Position numbers and translations under genes: made by a program. From Chiloscyllium plagiosum (Eukaryota): 64,000 nt of DNA. The notes beneath the pieces were generated by a model, which searched no databases, was not told the origin of the DNA, and saw only the letters and a list, made by a program, of their open reading frames with translations. The DNA lies in contig NC_057750.1 of the NCBI RefSeq assembly GCF_004010195.1, positions 16,136,550 through 16,200,549 of the forward strand, given 5' to 3'. Each line of letters begins with the position of its first letter. Positions within the stretch are counted from its first letter, which is position 1. Of this stretch, positions 41,055-54,700 are shown in pieces.

Positions 41055-41365
41055 TGGGCAGCACAGTGGTTAGCACTGCTGCCTCACAGCGCCAGAGACA
41101 CGGGGTTCAATTCCTGCCTCAGGCGACTGACTGTGTGGAGCTTGCACATTCTCCCCGTGTCTGCGTGGGTTTCCTCCGGGTGCTCCGGTTTCCTCCCACA
41201 GTCCAAAAATGTGCAGATTAGGTGAATTGACCATGCTAAATTGCCCGTAGTGTTAGGGGAGGGGTAAATGTAGGGGAATGGGTCTGGGTGGGTTGCGCTT
41301 TGGCGGGTCGGTGTGGACTTGTTGGGCCGAAGGGCCTGTTTCCACACTGTAAGTAATCTAATCTA
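41055..41365 (+). mobile_element. tRNA-derived SINE (HE1-like)
   Basis: A/B-box head, taatctaatcta tail. Confidence 0.9.
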
Positions 41366-42349
41366 TTTTCACCCACAAAATGGATTTTTTTCCCCATCAA
41401 GCTGTATCCCATTTCCCTCTCCCTGAATAGTGGGCAGCAAGTGTGTGAGCCCCATGATCGCTGTCTTTGCACAACCTCCATCACCCCAGAGGCTGAGGAA
41501 CTGATTAGAGCCTTCTGCTTTGTACAGGTCAGCCAACTCAGCTCCTACGCTGGCATTGCCTGTGTCATTTGACCCTTTTTCTGCAATATCTTGAGGGCCA
41601 CAATTTGTGGAATCCTGCTAAAGATTCAGCAGAACGAGAGTTATTCTGATTTTCCATCATTGTCATGTTGGGTTACCAGACTCTCTTTATACTTTATCAT
41701 TTGATGCTGCTGAGCATTGCAGGAGAAATGTATATGGCCCAGATATCACATTTAATGCAAATTGCTTAACCAGCAACATTCAGTGTTTAACTAAAAGTTA
41801 AGATGCAAAGGCACAAGAAAGGATGGAATGGGATGAGGCAGTGAGCATCATTGGAACCTTGGAGAGGACGGCTATTGCTGGGCAACTTGGGATGCTCCAA
41901 AGCTGCACAAAGTGTCTCTGACACACAATGTATACATAACTGGCATTGAGTACTATGCAGGAGTCCTGCACTCAAATTGGAAGAAGTATGAATGGATTTT
42001 GAATTTTGTACACAGACACAAAGTCATGAAGTTTCTGAATTCACCAAAAAGAATCTGGCTGACTAGTTTCATAAAAACACTGACCTGCTTGAGACTTCTT
42101 AATCTATTGTATTTGTAAAATTTCTGGAGCAATGATTTATAAGAACAGATTCATTCACTCTGTTGTCAATTGGGAAAAAAATCAATTATAAATTGTCTGG
42201 TTCAAACTCAATGTCAGTCAAACATTCAGCATCATGAGAACAAGATTTAAAATAATTGTCCCAAGTATCAGAGGACTGCTGACATTGTTTAAGCCTAATA
42301 ATATTGCCCAAATATTGAATAAGAATATGATTAAATATAATAAATGTTG

Positions 42350-43150
42350 AGCATAGCTGAGAGAGAATACATTTCATTGAAACTTTTTGACTTACACTCA
42401 TCAAGACAAATTCCAAAATACCAAAAGAGAAACCAACATTAATATTTTGAGAGGAAAGTACTGATTGTTTGGCAAGTGGGTTGGGATCGATATATATTTC
42501 AATATGTGCAAATGTTCTATACTGCAGAACTTACTAACAATCCTAAATTGGTCATCAGGGTAATTTTTTGCACACTTAAGAGTATGTAGCAAATGTTTTC
42601 TATTGTAGAAGCATTTCTAATGTCAGACAGTGTGCTGTGAGTTTGCATGCACAGAGTAGGTTTGTGAATTATGCTGACAACCAATTTATATTATCACTGA
42701 CTCACAGTATGATGCATTTGCATGTACAAGTTACTGGAATAATCATATGCATTATTATATAGGATCCTATCCTTTGTCATGGAAAAAACATAATGTGCCT
42801 GATTTAACTCAACAAGTGTGACAGCCTTTCTCTGGTTTATTAGGGCAAAACTTTGATCAGTCAAAGTCAACCTGTCTTGTTTAAAATTGAGTCAAAGCTT
42901 GGCAGCTAACAGTCAGTCATAATTAACAGGTTATTAATCTAGACTCTGCACACTGAGGGTTATCTATACATTCTCCATGGCAATATCTCTACCAGTCAGA
43001 ATGCACTTATCAACCAATCAGCACTTTCTTTGTGAAGTAAAAATGTTGGTTTGCCTTTACTTCGGTACGTTTTGTAAATTCTCCTGATGTGTGCAAAATC
43101 ATAGGCTTCAACAAAATGTCTTTTTTCAACAATCCTCAAGTTCTCTACTA
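42350..43150. mobile_element. Back-to-back Penelope-like remnants (minus about 42350-42600, plus about 42600-43150; family P4)
   Basis: ORF 42401..42592 (CAKNYPDDQFRIVSK) resembles GIY-YIG C-terminus; homology to 2420-2960. Confidence 0.55.
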
Positions 43151-44479
43151 TACAACAAAGGTCTTAAACATGGGGCAGATGTTTTCCATCTTGGATTGAT
43201 ATGTTAGTTTGAAGTACACTTGTGAAATTAGATCCGCTGCAAATGTTCAGTCCTGTTCTATACAAGAAAAAGAGAATGTTTAGGATGTTGTTATTTTACA
43301 ATGGCCACTGCTAAGATCTGCTTCCACTATCTCGTTTGCTGAATGTCTCCTCCTCATGTAAAGTGTATTTCTGTGGTTTGGGAATATCACTGTATGGCCA
43401 ATATTTGAGCTTATAAACCTATTTTTGTTTGAATGGAGTAAATAAAAAGACTTGCAGATCTTAAAAACATGTGTTGTACTTGCAGAGGGCTGCTGTTTAA
43501 GGTTTCTCAAACTTTCTTTGCAAAACTTTTCATTCTCATTCAGATTTTGTTCTCTGTGCTGATGGTCTCTTCTGGGTTCTGATAGTTCACATTCCACATC
43601 AGTGACTTACTATCCAATTCTGTCACAGGTTATTCATCTAGACTCTGCACGCTGAGGGGTATCTATTCTGTTCTCATGACAATTGAAGCATGCCTACTCT
43701 ACAATTCAATAAGGGCATGTCTACACATCTGCCTTGATTCTGCAGCCCAATCTGACACTCTTTACTTCCTTAGTGCCTGGGAATCTTATTGTTAGCCACA
43801 TTTTTACTCCATGATTGAGGTCCCCCTGAAGAAGGGTTAAGGATTTCCAAGATTCACATATGTCTAACAAGTTTCTCATCCCAGACTGAAATGACTGACA
43901 CCTTATCACTCCCCGACATTATAGATGCAGTTTCCAAGAGGGAGTCAATGAAAAGTAATCAGAAACTGGAAATCCAAGATCTACCACTTTCGTTGACCAT
44001 TGAATGATGATGAAATTACAGGTGAAATCAATTCCACATTCACTGGGAATTAAACTTTGGACCTGGCTGGTCTGTGGCTAAGCATCTTGCTGGGTAAGTG
44101 ATTTTGGGAGGCTGGGGTGAGAATCGCAAGACAGTCTGGATGTACACACCAGACTTGCTCCCCACCTGGTTAACAAATGTAACTTCCAAATTACTTTGCT
44201 CATAACTGATTTTCCAAAGAAAAAGTAATTCCTGAGTTATGACAGACCTCTTAAATGCATGCAAAACCTTTTAGATGGAGTTAAAATAATCTACTTAAGA
44301 GCACTCTTGGAATGAGTGATGTTGGGTCATGATGCAGAAACATGGCAAGATACTGTGCTGTGGGTATCGAAAGGTTCCCAATTCCAATGCATTCTATGTG
44401 GGGAGGTGCTGAGAGGAGCCAGGCATTTGTAGCTTGATTTCAGGTATTTTGTGATCCAGGGAGGCCAGTGAAAATGAAA

Positions 44480-46355
44480 AACTGATATATAAAGGGCAAA
44501 GGAGAGGTAAAAGTGGACGTTGGACCGCGTGAAAATAACGCTGGGGAGATGGTAGTGGGGTGCTGAAAATGTGTTGCTGGAAAAGCGCAGCAGGTCAGGC
44601 AGCATCCAGGGAACAGGAGTCGATTCTCCTGTTCCCTGGTTGCTGCCTGACCTGCTGCGCTTTTCCAGCAACACATTTTCAGCTCTGATCTCCAGCATCT
44701 GCAGACCTCACTTTCTCCTCAAAGATGGTAGTGGGGAACAAGGAAATGGCTGAGGAACTGAATAGTTATTTTGTCAGTCTTCACGGTGGAAGACACGAGT
44801 AATATCTTAAAATTCGAGAGTGAGGGGGCAGAGCTGAGTATGGTGGCCATCACCAAAGAGAAGGTGCTAGAAAAATTGAATGGCCTGAAGGATAAATCAG
44901 ATGGACTACACCCCAAAGTTCTAAGGGAGATAGCTGAAGAGATAGTAGAGGCATTAGTAGTGATCTTTCTGGAATTGATAGAATCAGAGGACTGGAAAAT
45001 CACTAGTTTAAAAAGTGAGTAAGGCAAAAGATGGAAAATTACGGGCCAATTAGCCTAACCTCGGTTGTGGGTAAGATCCTGGAGTCCATTGTGAAGGATG
45101 AGATTTCTGAATACTCGGAAGTGCATGGTAAAGTAGGGCAAAGTCATCATGGTTTCATCAAGGGGAGGTCATGACAAGCCTGCTAGACTTCTTTCAAGGA
45201 AATAATGACCAAGGATAGTCAATGTAAGTTATCTGTCTGGACTTCAAGAAGGTCTTTGACAAGGTGCTACATATGAGGCATATAAGGGCCCGTGGTGTTA
45301 GAGTCAAGGTGCCAGCATGAATAGAAACTTGGCTGTCTGACAGAAAGCAGAGCATGAGGATAAAAGGATCTTTCTCAGGATGGCTGCCGGTGACTAGTGG
45401 TGTTCTACAAGGGTCAGTGTTGAGACCACAACTTTTCACTTTACACATTAATGATGTAGCTGAACAAACTTGAGGGCATTCTGGCTAAGTTTGCAGACGA
45501 TACAAAGATAGGTAGAGGGATAGGTAGTATTGGAGAGCTGGGGAGGCTGCAGAAGGATTTGGACAGGTTAGGAGAGTGGGCAAAGAAGTGGTAGATGGAG
45601 TACAACATGGGAAAGTGTGAGGTCATGCAGAAGTCTGAAGTGTGAAAATGTGGGCGTTCTAGTCCAGATTCTCTAGAGGTAAACTTGCAGGTTGAATCAG
45701 TAGTTCGGAAGACAAATGCAATAATCATATTTATTTTGACAGGACTTGAATATAAAAGCAGAGGCTCTATGTACTTCTGAGGCTCTAGAAGGCTCTGGTC
45801 AGATCACATTTGGAGCATTGTGTGCTGTTTTGGGCCCCATATCTCAGGAAGGATGTACTGGTCCTGGAGCATGTTCAAAGTATGTTCACGAGAATGGTTC
45901 CAGGAATGAAAAGCTTAACATACAAGGAATGTTTGAGGATTCTAGGTCTATACTCGATGAAGGTTAGAAGGATGAAGGGGGGAGGGGTGATCTAATTGAA
46001 ACTTACAGAATACTGAATGGCCTGGACAGAGTGGATGTTGGGAAGATGTTTCCATTGGTAGAGATTAGGACCCGAGGGCACAGCCTTAGAGTAAAGGGAA
46101 AACGTTTTACAACGGAGATAAAGAGAAACATCTTCAGCCAGTGAGTGGCGAACCTATGGAATTCACTGCCACAGAGGGCTGTGGAGGCCAGGTCATTGAG
46201 TATATTTAAGATGGAGAATAGATTGTCGAGGGGATCAAGGGCTATGGGGAGAAAGCGGGAAAATGGGGTTGAGAAATTTATCAACCATGATTGATTTACG
46301 GTGTGTACACAATGGACTGAATGGCCTAATTTCTGCTCCTATGTCTTATGGTCTT
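44480..46355 (+). mobile_element. CR1 LINE ORF2 remnant to 3' end
   Basis: ORFs 44771..45995 RT-like; tcttatggtctta tail. Confidence 0.85.
44561..44722 (+). mobile_element. P1 element forming a 58-bp hairpin, 14-bp TSD
   Basis: TSD agatggtagtgggg 44547-44560 / 44723-44736; arms 44562-44619 / 44626-44683. Confidence 0.85.
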
Positions 46356-46604
46356 AAAGGGCTAGTTTGAGAGGTTTTATGCTGATTATTAAAGAAGGAA
46401 GAAAAGAGTGAAGTAAATATGTAAATTCCAGAGCACAAGGCCTAGGTACATTCCCATTTTAATTGGCAGGGGAATGGGATTTTGCATTCAAGCGTGTTAG
46501 GTCAAATTTTCAGGAACACAGTACTTGATGGATTGTCAGGTTGGAGAATATAGAGAGAGGTGAGACCATGGAAGAATTTGAACAAGTTTAACACTATTAA
46601 GACC

Positions 46605-47355
46605 ATAGAATCAGAGAACTGTACACAACGGAAACAGACCCTTCAGTCCAACTCGTCCATGCCGACCAGATATCCCAACCCAATCTAGTCCCACTTGCTA
46701 GCACCTGGCCTATATCCCTCCAAACACTTCCTATTCATATACCCATCCAGATGCCTTTTAAATGTTGCAATTGTACCAGTCTCCTCCACTTCCTCTGGCA
46801 GCTCATTCCATACACATACCACCCTTTGCATGAAAAAGTTGCCCCTTAGATCTCTTTTATATCTTTCCCATCTCACCCTAAACTTATGCCCTCTAGTTCT
46901 GGACTCTCCCACCCCAGGGAAAAGACTTTGTCTATTTATCCTATCCATGCCCCTCATGATTTTATAAACCTCTATAAAGTCAGCCCTCAGCCTCTGCCGC
47001 TCCAGGGAAAACAGACCCAGCCTATTCAACTTCTCCCTATAACTCAAATCCTCCAACCCTGGCAACATTCTTTTAAGTCTTTTTTGAACTCTTTCAAGAT
47101 TCACATCTTTCCAATAGGAAGGAGACCAGAATTGCGTGCAATATTCCAACAGTGGCCTAACCAATGTCCTGTACATCCGCAACATTATCTCCCAATTCCT
47201 GTACTCAATACTCTGACCAATAAAAGAAAGCATACCAAACGCCCTCTTCACTATCCTATCTACCTGCGACTCTACTTTCAAGGAGCTATGAACCCGCACT
47301 TCAAGGTCTCTTTGTTCAGCAACATTCCCTATGACCTAACCATTAAGTGTATACC
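46605..47355 (-). mobile_element. Young CR1 LINE 3' fragment
   Basis: Open 204-aa ORF 46685..47299. Confidence 0.92.
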
Positions 47356-47774
47356 AGAAGAAATAGGAATGAGAGTAAGCCATATAGCCCCTTCAGTCTG
47401 TTTGGTGGTTTAATAGAATCATGGCTGATCTGACATTCCTCACATTCACATCCTTCATGTGCTCCTAAACAATTTGTGTTGGAAGGCTACTCAAATAATG
47501 AATGCCATCAGTTCATTACCCAATGTTTGGGTGTGGGACCAATGGAAGGTGAGAAATTTATTAAGTGAATTCCACAGCCTGGGCAGAAGTTTATGTTAGT
47601 GTCGAATGAGGAAGCACACAGCACTGGAGCCAGATATTATATGGGGATAGTGCCCTGTTAAAGGCAAAACAAAACAAGATATTAAAAAAAAACTGGACGC
47701 CCTGCTCTCATTCCACTTATATAGTGCCTTTCACAACCTCAGTACATCCCAATTAATTTTCTTATCACTAAAAC

Positions 47775-48285
47775 AGGATGTTCTGTTTAGTTTTGGTCAC
47801 CTTGTTATAGGAAAGATATTATGAAACTGGAAGACTGCAGAAGAATGACTTTGCCTGGACTCAGTGGTTTGAGTTATAGGGAGAGGTTGAACAAACTGGG
47901 ACCGTAAGAGACTGAGGAGGGGCACCTCATAGAGGTGTTTCAGATCATGAGAGGCATGGATAGGATGAATGCACTCAGTCTTTTTACCAAGGGTCGGGGA
48001 GTTAAGGATTACAGGGCATCAGTTTAAGGTTAGCGGGCAAAGAATAAAAGGAAACCTGAGGGACAACGTTTGTACACAGTGGTATGCATATGGAATGAGC
48101 TGCCAGTGGAAGTGGTTGAGGTGGGTATGTTAACAACATTTAAAAGGCATTTGGACAATTACAATGGATAGGGAAGGATATGGGCCAAATGCAGGGAAAT
48201 GGGATTAGCAAGGACAGACATTTTGGTCAGCGTGGACCAGTTTAGACCAAAGAGCCTGTCTTTGTGCTGTAGGACTTTATGGCTC
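47775..48285 (+). mobile_element. Older CR1 3' fragment
   Basis: Homology to other CR1 3' ends in the window. Confidence 0.8.
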
Positions 48286-48597
48286 CATTTGGCTGTAATA
48301 GTGCAGATATCTATTTGGATGCAACAGGATCCTCATTAACTTAAAATAACAATGACCAGATAAACTGCAATAAAAAAATCAAATGTTGAAATACTCAGCA
48401 GTTCTGGTAGCATCCTTAGAGATATAAACCAAGTTAAAGTTTTTAGTCAAGTATGACTTCTTCAGAATAACGTGTTTTGATTGAGGGATAGATATTGGTC
48501 ATGATGTTGGGGAAAATGCCACCATTCTTCAAAATACTGCCCATTGAACCTTTTATCACCACCTGAAACATAAGGCAGTACCTTTGTTTAATGCTTC

Positions 48598-48870
48598 ATT
48601 AGATTTAGATTACTTACAGTGTGGAAACAGGCCCTTCGGACCAACAAGTCCACACCGACCCTCTGAAGCACAACCCACCCAGACCCATTCTCCTACATTT
48701 ACCCCTTCATCAGGAAATTTAGCATGACCAATTCACCTAACCTGCACATTTTTGGACTGTGGGAGGAAACCCACGCAGACACAGGGAGAATGTGCAAACT
48801 CCACACAGTCAGTCATCTGAGGTGGGAATTGAACCCAGGTCTCTGGCGCTGTGAGGCAGCAGTGCTAGCC
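48598..48870 (-). mobile_element. tRNA-derived SINE (HE1-like), internally deleted
   Basis: Homology to 29131-29467. Confidence 0.88.
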
Positions 48871-48936
48871 CATCTGAAACATAATGAATTAGGTACAGGG
48901 ATAGGCTACTCAGACCTGTGCTATTCAGTAAATTCT

Positions 48937-49520
48937 TAGAGTCATAGAGATGTACAGCATGGAAACAGACCCTTTGGTCCAACTCGTCCATGCCGACTAG
49001 CTATCCCAACCTAATTTAGTTCCACCTGCATATATGCCTCCATATACCCATCCAGATGCCTTTTAAATGTTGCAATTGTACTAGCCTCCATCACTTCCTC
49101 TGGCAGCCCATTCCATACACCCTGTGTGTGAAAAGATTGCCCTTCGATCTCTTTTATATCTTTCCCCTCTCACCCTAAACCTATGCCCTCTAGTTCTGGA
49201 CTCCCCCATCCCAGGGAAAAGACTTTGTTTATTTATCCTATCCATGCCCCTCATGATTTTATAAACCTCTATAAGATCACCCCTCAGCCTCTGTCGCTCC
49301 AGGGAAAACAGCCCTAGCCTATTCAGCCTCTCCCTAAAGCTCAAATCCTTCAATCCTGGCAACATTCTTGTAAATCTTTTCTGGACCCTTTCAAGTTTCA
49401 CATCTTTCCGATAGGAAGGAGACCAGAATTGCATGCAATATTCCAACAGTGGCCTAACCAATGTCCTGTACAGCTGCAACACGGCCTCCCAACCCCTGTA
49501 CTTAATACTCTGACCAACAT
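48937..49520 (-). mobile_element. CR1 3' fragment inserted in an older LINE 3' end (48880-49900)
   Basis: ORF 49081..49557; older family ORF 49599..49829. Confidence 0.85.
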
Positions 49521-51099
49521 TGGCTGATCTGATTACTCCACATTGCTGCCTCTCCACTTTAACGTTTGATTCCTTTGTTGGTCAAGAACTGTTCTGCCTT
49601 AAACGTATTCAGTGGTCTGTCCTCCCCCTTTACCTGGAGAATTCCAAAAATTCAACTTAGTCTCTGTTTTTAACAGGAAACCCCTTATTTTTGAAACATA
49701 AGATCTAGTTCTAAAGTCTTCCACAAGAGGTACTATCCTCTTAAAGTATTTCTTGTGAAGACCTCTCATAATCATGTATGTTTCAATAAGATCACCTCTT
49801 CTTCTCCAAACGCCAATGGAGATAGGCATAGCTTTCCTCTTAAGAAAGCCATAATCCCAGGTATCAGTTCAGTGGACCTTCACTGAACTGCTTCCACCAT
49901 ATTTACATGTAGTTCCCCTATAATGTGGTAGTTGTGTTCCTGTCTGACATTGTATCATAGAAAATTACGCAATAGAATGGGAAAAATAGGGTTAGGGATT
50001 CCAGTTAGTAAACCTGGCCATTTCTGGTGTGTTATGGAAATGGCAAGTTGTTACAAGCAAAATTTCCCAATGTACTGTTGTATTCCTCGTAGAGTGGAGT
50101 TTATCCAGGACCTGGCCCTCCGCCATTAAACTTTGTGAAACTTCTGGAAGTTTTTTTTTGATGCGGATAAAATCTCTTTTTTGAGGGGGTGACTGAAGGG
50201 CTGGGATATTCTAAACGGCTGGAGGTTTTGATGCGTTTCGGATTTCAGAGAGGATGAGAGGCCGAGACTCTCAGATCCTCCCATGTGCCCCACCGACACC
50301 CCAATTTGGATCAGGCATAGCTAGGGGATGGGTAGGGTGGGGTTGCCAGTGGTCTGTCTTTAGTTTCACACCTCCCCTCTTCCACACACACACACTCTCT
50401 TGTAAAGTCACCATGTGTTGAAGCTTCAGATAGCTGGCAACTGAGCCTCTGCTTAACAACAGGCCCTGCTTCCAACTCTTGATGGACATCGCTGTACTTG
50501 CACTTTCTTTCCTCTCTCTCCCTCCCTCCCTCTCCTCCCGTACTTTGGCTCTCAATCCCCAAACTCTGTGCATGATCACAGTAAGCATTTCAGCAAAATA
50601 TTCCAATTTTGCTTCCTCTGCCTTAGTTGCAGATAGAAGCGAAAAAATACACACACACAGACAACAACCTGTTGCAATGGAGGCGCCAGCAGAATAAATC
50701 ACAGATGGCTGGTAATACAGGGGATGGAATCGTGTAACAGCGAGTGAGAGTTTGCTTAATAAAAAAAAAAGTCCGCAATTCACAAATCACATTCCAGCAG
50801 ATCTGGCAGTATCTGTAGACAGAAAAACAGTTAACGTTTCAAGTCCTAAAATTAGAAGAATGAAGTTCTGAAGAAGAGATATTGGACTTAAAAGATTGTA
50901 TCTGTTTCTCTCTTCACAGATATCACTGAATTTCTCCAGCAATTTCTGTTTCTGCTGCATTTCAAGTGTCACCCAGGATTTCATGTTCAAGTCCCCTGTT
51001 TGGGAATTCCTATGTCCTTCTGACTGAAGCAAGCACTCATAAACTTAACTACTGCTTTGTGCCCTGTAAGCCATTTAAAGTCAACTTCAGGTCGACTTT

Positions 51100-52090
51100 T
51101 AAGACATGAGCACATTTAAGCAGATGCAATACAGCATGGCTAAATGCAAACTTCTAAACTTTGGTGCAAAAATCAGAAGAGTATTATTTCTGAGGTTCTG
51201 CGGAAAGGTCATCTGTGATTTCTCTTCACAGATGCTGCCAGACCTGCTGAGCTTTTCCAGCAAATTCTGTTTTTGTTTCTGATTTACAGCATCCACAGTT
51301 CTTTCAGTTTTTAATTAGTATTATTAAATGATCATCTATTGGAAATATGGACATACAAAGGGATTTGGGTTTCCTTGTACATCAATAAATGAATGAGAGC
51401 TCTGAAGAAGGCTCACTGGACTCAACATTAATTCTCTCTGTCAAATGCTGCCAATTTATGTTTTTGAGTCAATGAATGTAGGCAGGTGCAACAGGCAGTT
51501 TGGAAGGCAAATGGTACATTGGCTTTCATTGCAAAAGGATTTGAGTTCAGAAGTAGGGATGTCTTAATGTAGTCATACAGGACCTTGATGAGATCACAGC
51601 TAAGAAAGACATACTCCCATGGAAGAAGTGCAGCTGAGATTCATTCGGCTGCTACAAGGTATAGCATATATGGAAAGATTGGTTCGACTGGGTCCGTATT
51701 CATGAGAATTTAGAAGTATGGGGGGTTCTGATTGCAACGTGCAAAATTCTAACAGAGCTGGACATATCAGATGCAAAGAGGATGGTTTCCCTGATTGGGG
51801 AGTCTAGAATTAGGGGTCACAGTCTCAGAATACGAAGGTCAACCATTTAGGTCTGGGAGAAGGAACAATTTCTTCATTCAAAGGCTGGTGAACCTGTGGA
51901 CTTCTCTATCACTGAAGGCTGTGGAGGCCAACTCACTGAATATCTTGAAGAAAGATAGATGTATTTTTACATTTCAAAGGCATCAAGGGCGATGGGCAGA
52001 AAGTGGTAACACATGGCATTTAGGTAGAGAATCAGCCATGATCATTTTGAATCAAAGGGCCAGGAAAGACTGGTTTCTATGTTTTTTTTA
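51100..52090 (+). mobile_element. Old CR1 ORF2 C-terminal remnant with P2 insertions (51189-51316, TSD agtattatt)
   Basis: ORF 51795.. (NNFFIQRLVNLWTSL); repeat homology. Confidence 0.7.
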
Positions 52091-52104
52091 TTTTTATGCA
52101 TTTT

Positions 52105-54700
52105 TAAGAGGATGTGGGCGTTGTTGGCTGTCCAGCATTTATTGCTCGTCCCTAGTTATCCTTGAGACGGTGGTGGGAAGCTGCCTCCTTGAACTGCTGC
52201 AGTCCACTTGCCATGGGGTGACACACATTGTCATAGGGAAGGAATTCTAGGATTTTGACTCAGCGACAGTGAAGGAACGGCAAAATATTTCCAAGTCAGG
52301 CTGGTGAGTGGCTTGAAGGGAAACTTGAAGGTGATAGTATCCCATATATCTGTTGCCCTTGTCCTTCGAGATGGAAGTGATCATGGGTTTGGAAGGTGCT
52401 GTCTGAGGATCTTAGGTGAATTTCTACAGTGCATCTTGTAGCTATGCAGCTACCGAGTGTCACTGGTGGATGGAGTGGATGCAGTGCCAATCAAGCGGGC
52501 TGCTTTGTCCTGGATAGTGTCAAGCTTCTTCAGTGTTGTTGGGGCTGCACTTATCCAGGCGTGTGGTGTATTCTATCACACTCCTGACGTGTGCCTTGTA
52601 GATGGTGGACAGGCTTTCGGGAATCAGGAGGTGAGTTACTTAGCCTCTGACCTGCTCTTATAGCCACTGCATTTATGTGATGAGTCCAGTTAAATTTCTG
52701 ATCAATTATAACTCCCAAGAGGTTTATAGTGGGGAAATTCGGTGATTGTCATACCATTGATTGTCAAAGCCGGTGGGTAGATGGTCTCTTGGTGGTGATG
52801 GTCATAGCCTGGCATTGTGTGGTGCAAATGTTACTTGTCACTTGTCAGACCAAGTCTGGATATTGTCTAGATCTTGTGCATTTGGACATGGACTGCTTCA
52901 GTGTCTGAGGAATCGCAAATGGTGCTGAACATTGTGCAATCATCGGCGAACATCCCTACATCTGATCTTATGCTGGAGGGAGGATCTTTGATGAAGCAGC
53001 TGAAGATGCCTGGGCCTAGGACATTACCCTGAGGAACTCCGGCAGAGATGCCCTGGAGGTGAGTTAAGTGACCTCCAATAACCACGCCCATCTTCCTAAG
53101 TGTAAGGTATGACTCTAACCACCATGAGAGTTTGCCTCCTAATACCAATTGATTCCAGTTTTGCTAAGGCTCCTTGATGCCACACTCTGTCAAATGCAGC
53201 CTTGATGTCAAGAACTGATACTCTAACCTTACCTCAGGAATTTAGCTCTTTTGTCCATGTTTGAACCAAGACTGTAATGAGGTCAGGAGCTGAGTGGCCC
53301 TGGCGGAATCCAAACTGGGGTGTCACTGAGCAGGTTATTACTGAGCAGGTGCTGCTTGATAGTACTGTCGATGATACCTTCCATCAGTTTACTGATAATC
53401 GAGAGTAGACTGTTGGGGTGGTAATTGGCCGTGTTGGATTTGGAGATAGTGAGGACTGGTGAAAGGTCCTGACCTGAAATGTTGACTCTCCTGCTCCTCT
53501 GATGCTACTTGACCTGTGCTTTTTCCAGGTTCACATTTTATTGACTTTGGGTTGGATTTGTCCTGCTTTTTATGTACAGGACATACTTGGACAATTTTCC
53601 ACATTGTCGGGTAGATGCCAGTGTTGTAATTGTACTGGAACAGCTTGGCAGGAGGAGTGGCAAGTTCTGGAGCACAAGTCTTTAAGTACTCTTGATGGAA
53701 TATTGTCAAGGCCCATAGCCTTTGCAGTCTCCAAGGTTTCCAACCCTTTCTTGATATTATGTCGAGTAAATCGATTTGGCTGAAGATTAGTATCTGTAAT
53801 GCTGGGCACCAGTGGAGGAGGCCAAAATAGATAATCTACTCGGCACTTCTGGCTGAAGATTACTGCAAAAGCTTCAGCCTTATCTTTTGCACTGACATGC
53901 TAGGCTCTTGCATCATTGAGGATGGGGATATTTGTGGAGCCTCCTCTTCCGGTGAGTTGTTTAATCATCCACCACCATTCACGACTGGATGTGGCAGGAT
54001 TGCAGATCTCTGTCAATCACTTGTTGTTTTGGCATGTAAGCAGTCCTGTTTGGTGGCTTCACCAGGTTGACATCTCATTTTCATGCATGCCCACCTGTAC
54101 TCTTCATTGAACCAGGACTGATCTCCGGGTTTGATGGTAATGTTTGAGTGGGAGATATACTGGGCCCTGAGGTTACAGATTGTGCTGGAGTACAAGTCTT
54201 CTGCTGTTGATGGCCCACAATGCCTCCCAGGTGCCCAATCCTGAGTTGCTAGATCTTTTCATAGAATCCCGACAGTATGAGGACAGTATTTGGCCCAACA
54301 AGTCCACACTGACCCTCTGAGGAGTAACCCACCCAGACCCTTTCCCCTATCCTATATTTCCCCTGACTAATGCACCTAACCTCTACATCCCTAGACACTA
54401 TGTCAATTTAGCACAGCCAAATCATCATATTTGGATTGTGGGAGGAAACCGGAGCACACAGATGAAACCCACGCAGACACGGGGAGAATGTGCAAACTAT
54501 ACACATTCACCCAAAGCTGGAATCGAACACAAGTCCATGGCACTGTGCTAACCACTCAGCCGCTATGCCGTCCCTGTTCGAAGTCTGTCCCAGTTAGTGC
54601 CACGCAAAACGATGGAGGGTATTCTCAATGTGAAGGTGGTACTTCATCTCCACAAGGACAGTGCAGTGGTCGCTTTTACCAACACCGTCATGGACAGATG
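52105..54700 (-). mobile_element. CR1/L2-group LINE of a distinct family (RT region to 3' end), interrupted by a P1-like element (about 53443-53550) and a SINE
   Basis: ORFs 52867..53148 (GVPQGNVLGP...MFADDCT) and 53389..53709 (LKTCAPELA...WKIVQVCPVHKK). Confidence 0.85.
54262..54572 (-). mobile_element. tRNA-derived SINE (HE1-like, older)
   Basis: Homology to other SINE copies. Confidence 0.85.

Noticed and set aside
50271..50783. 170-aa minus-strand ORF
   Set aside because: Non-ATG start, runs through microsatellite/low-complexity tracts, no recognisable domain
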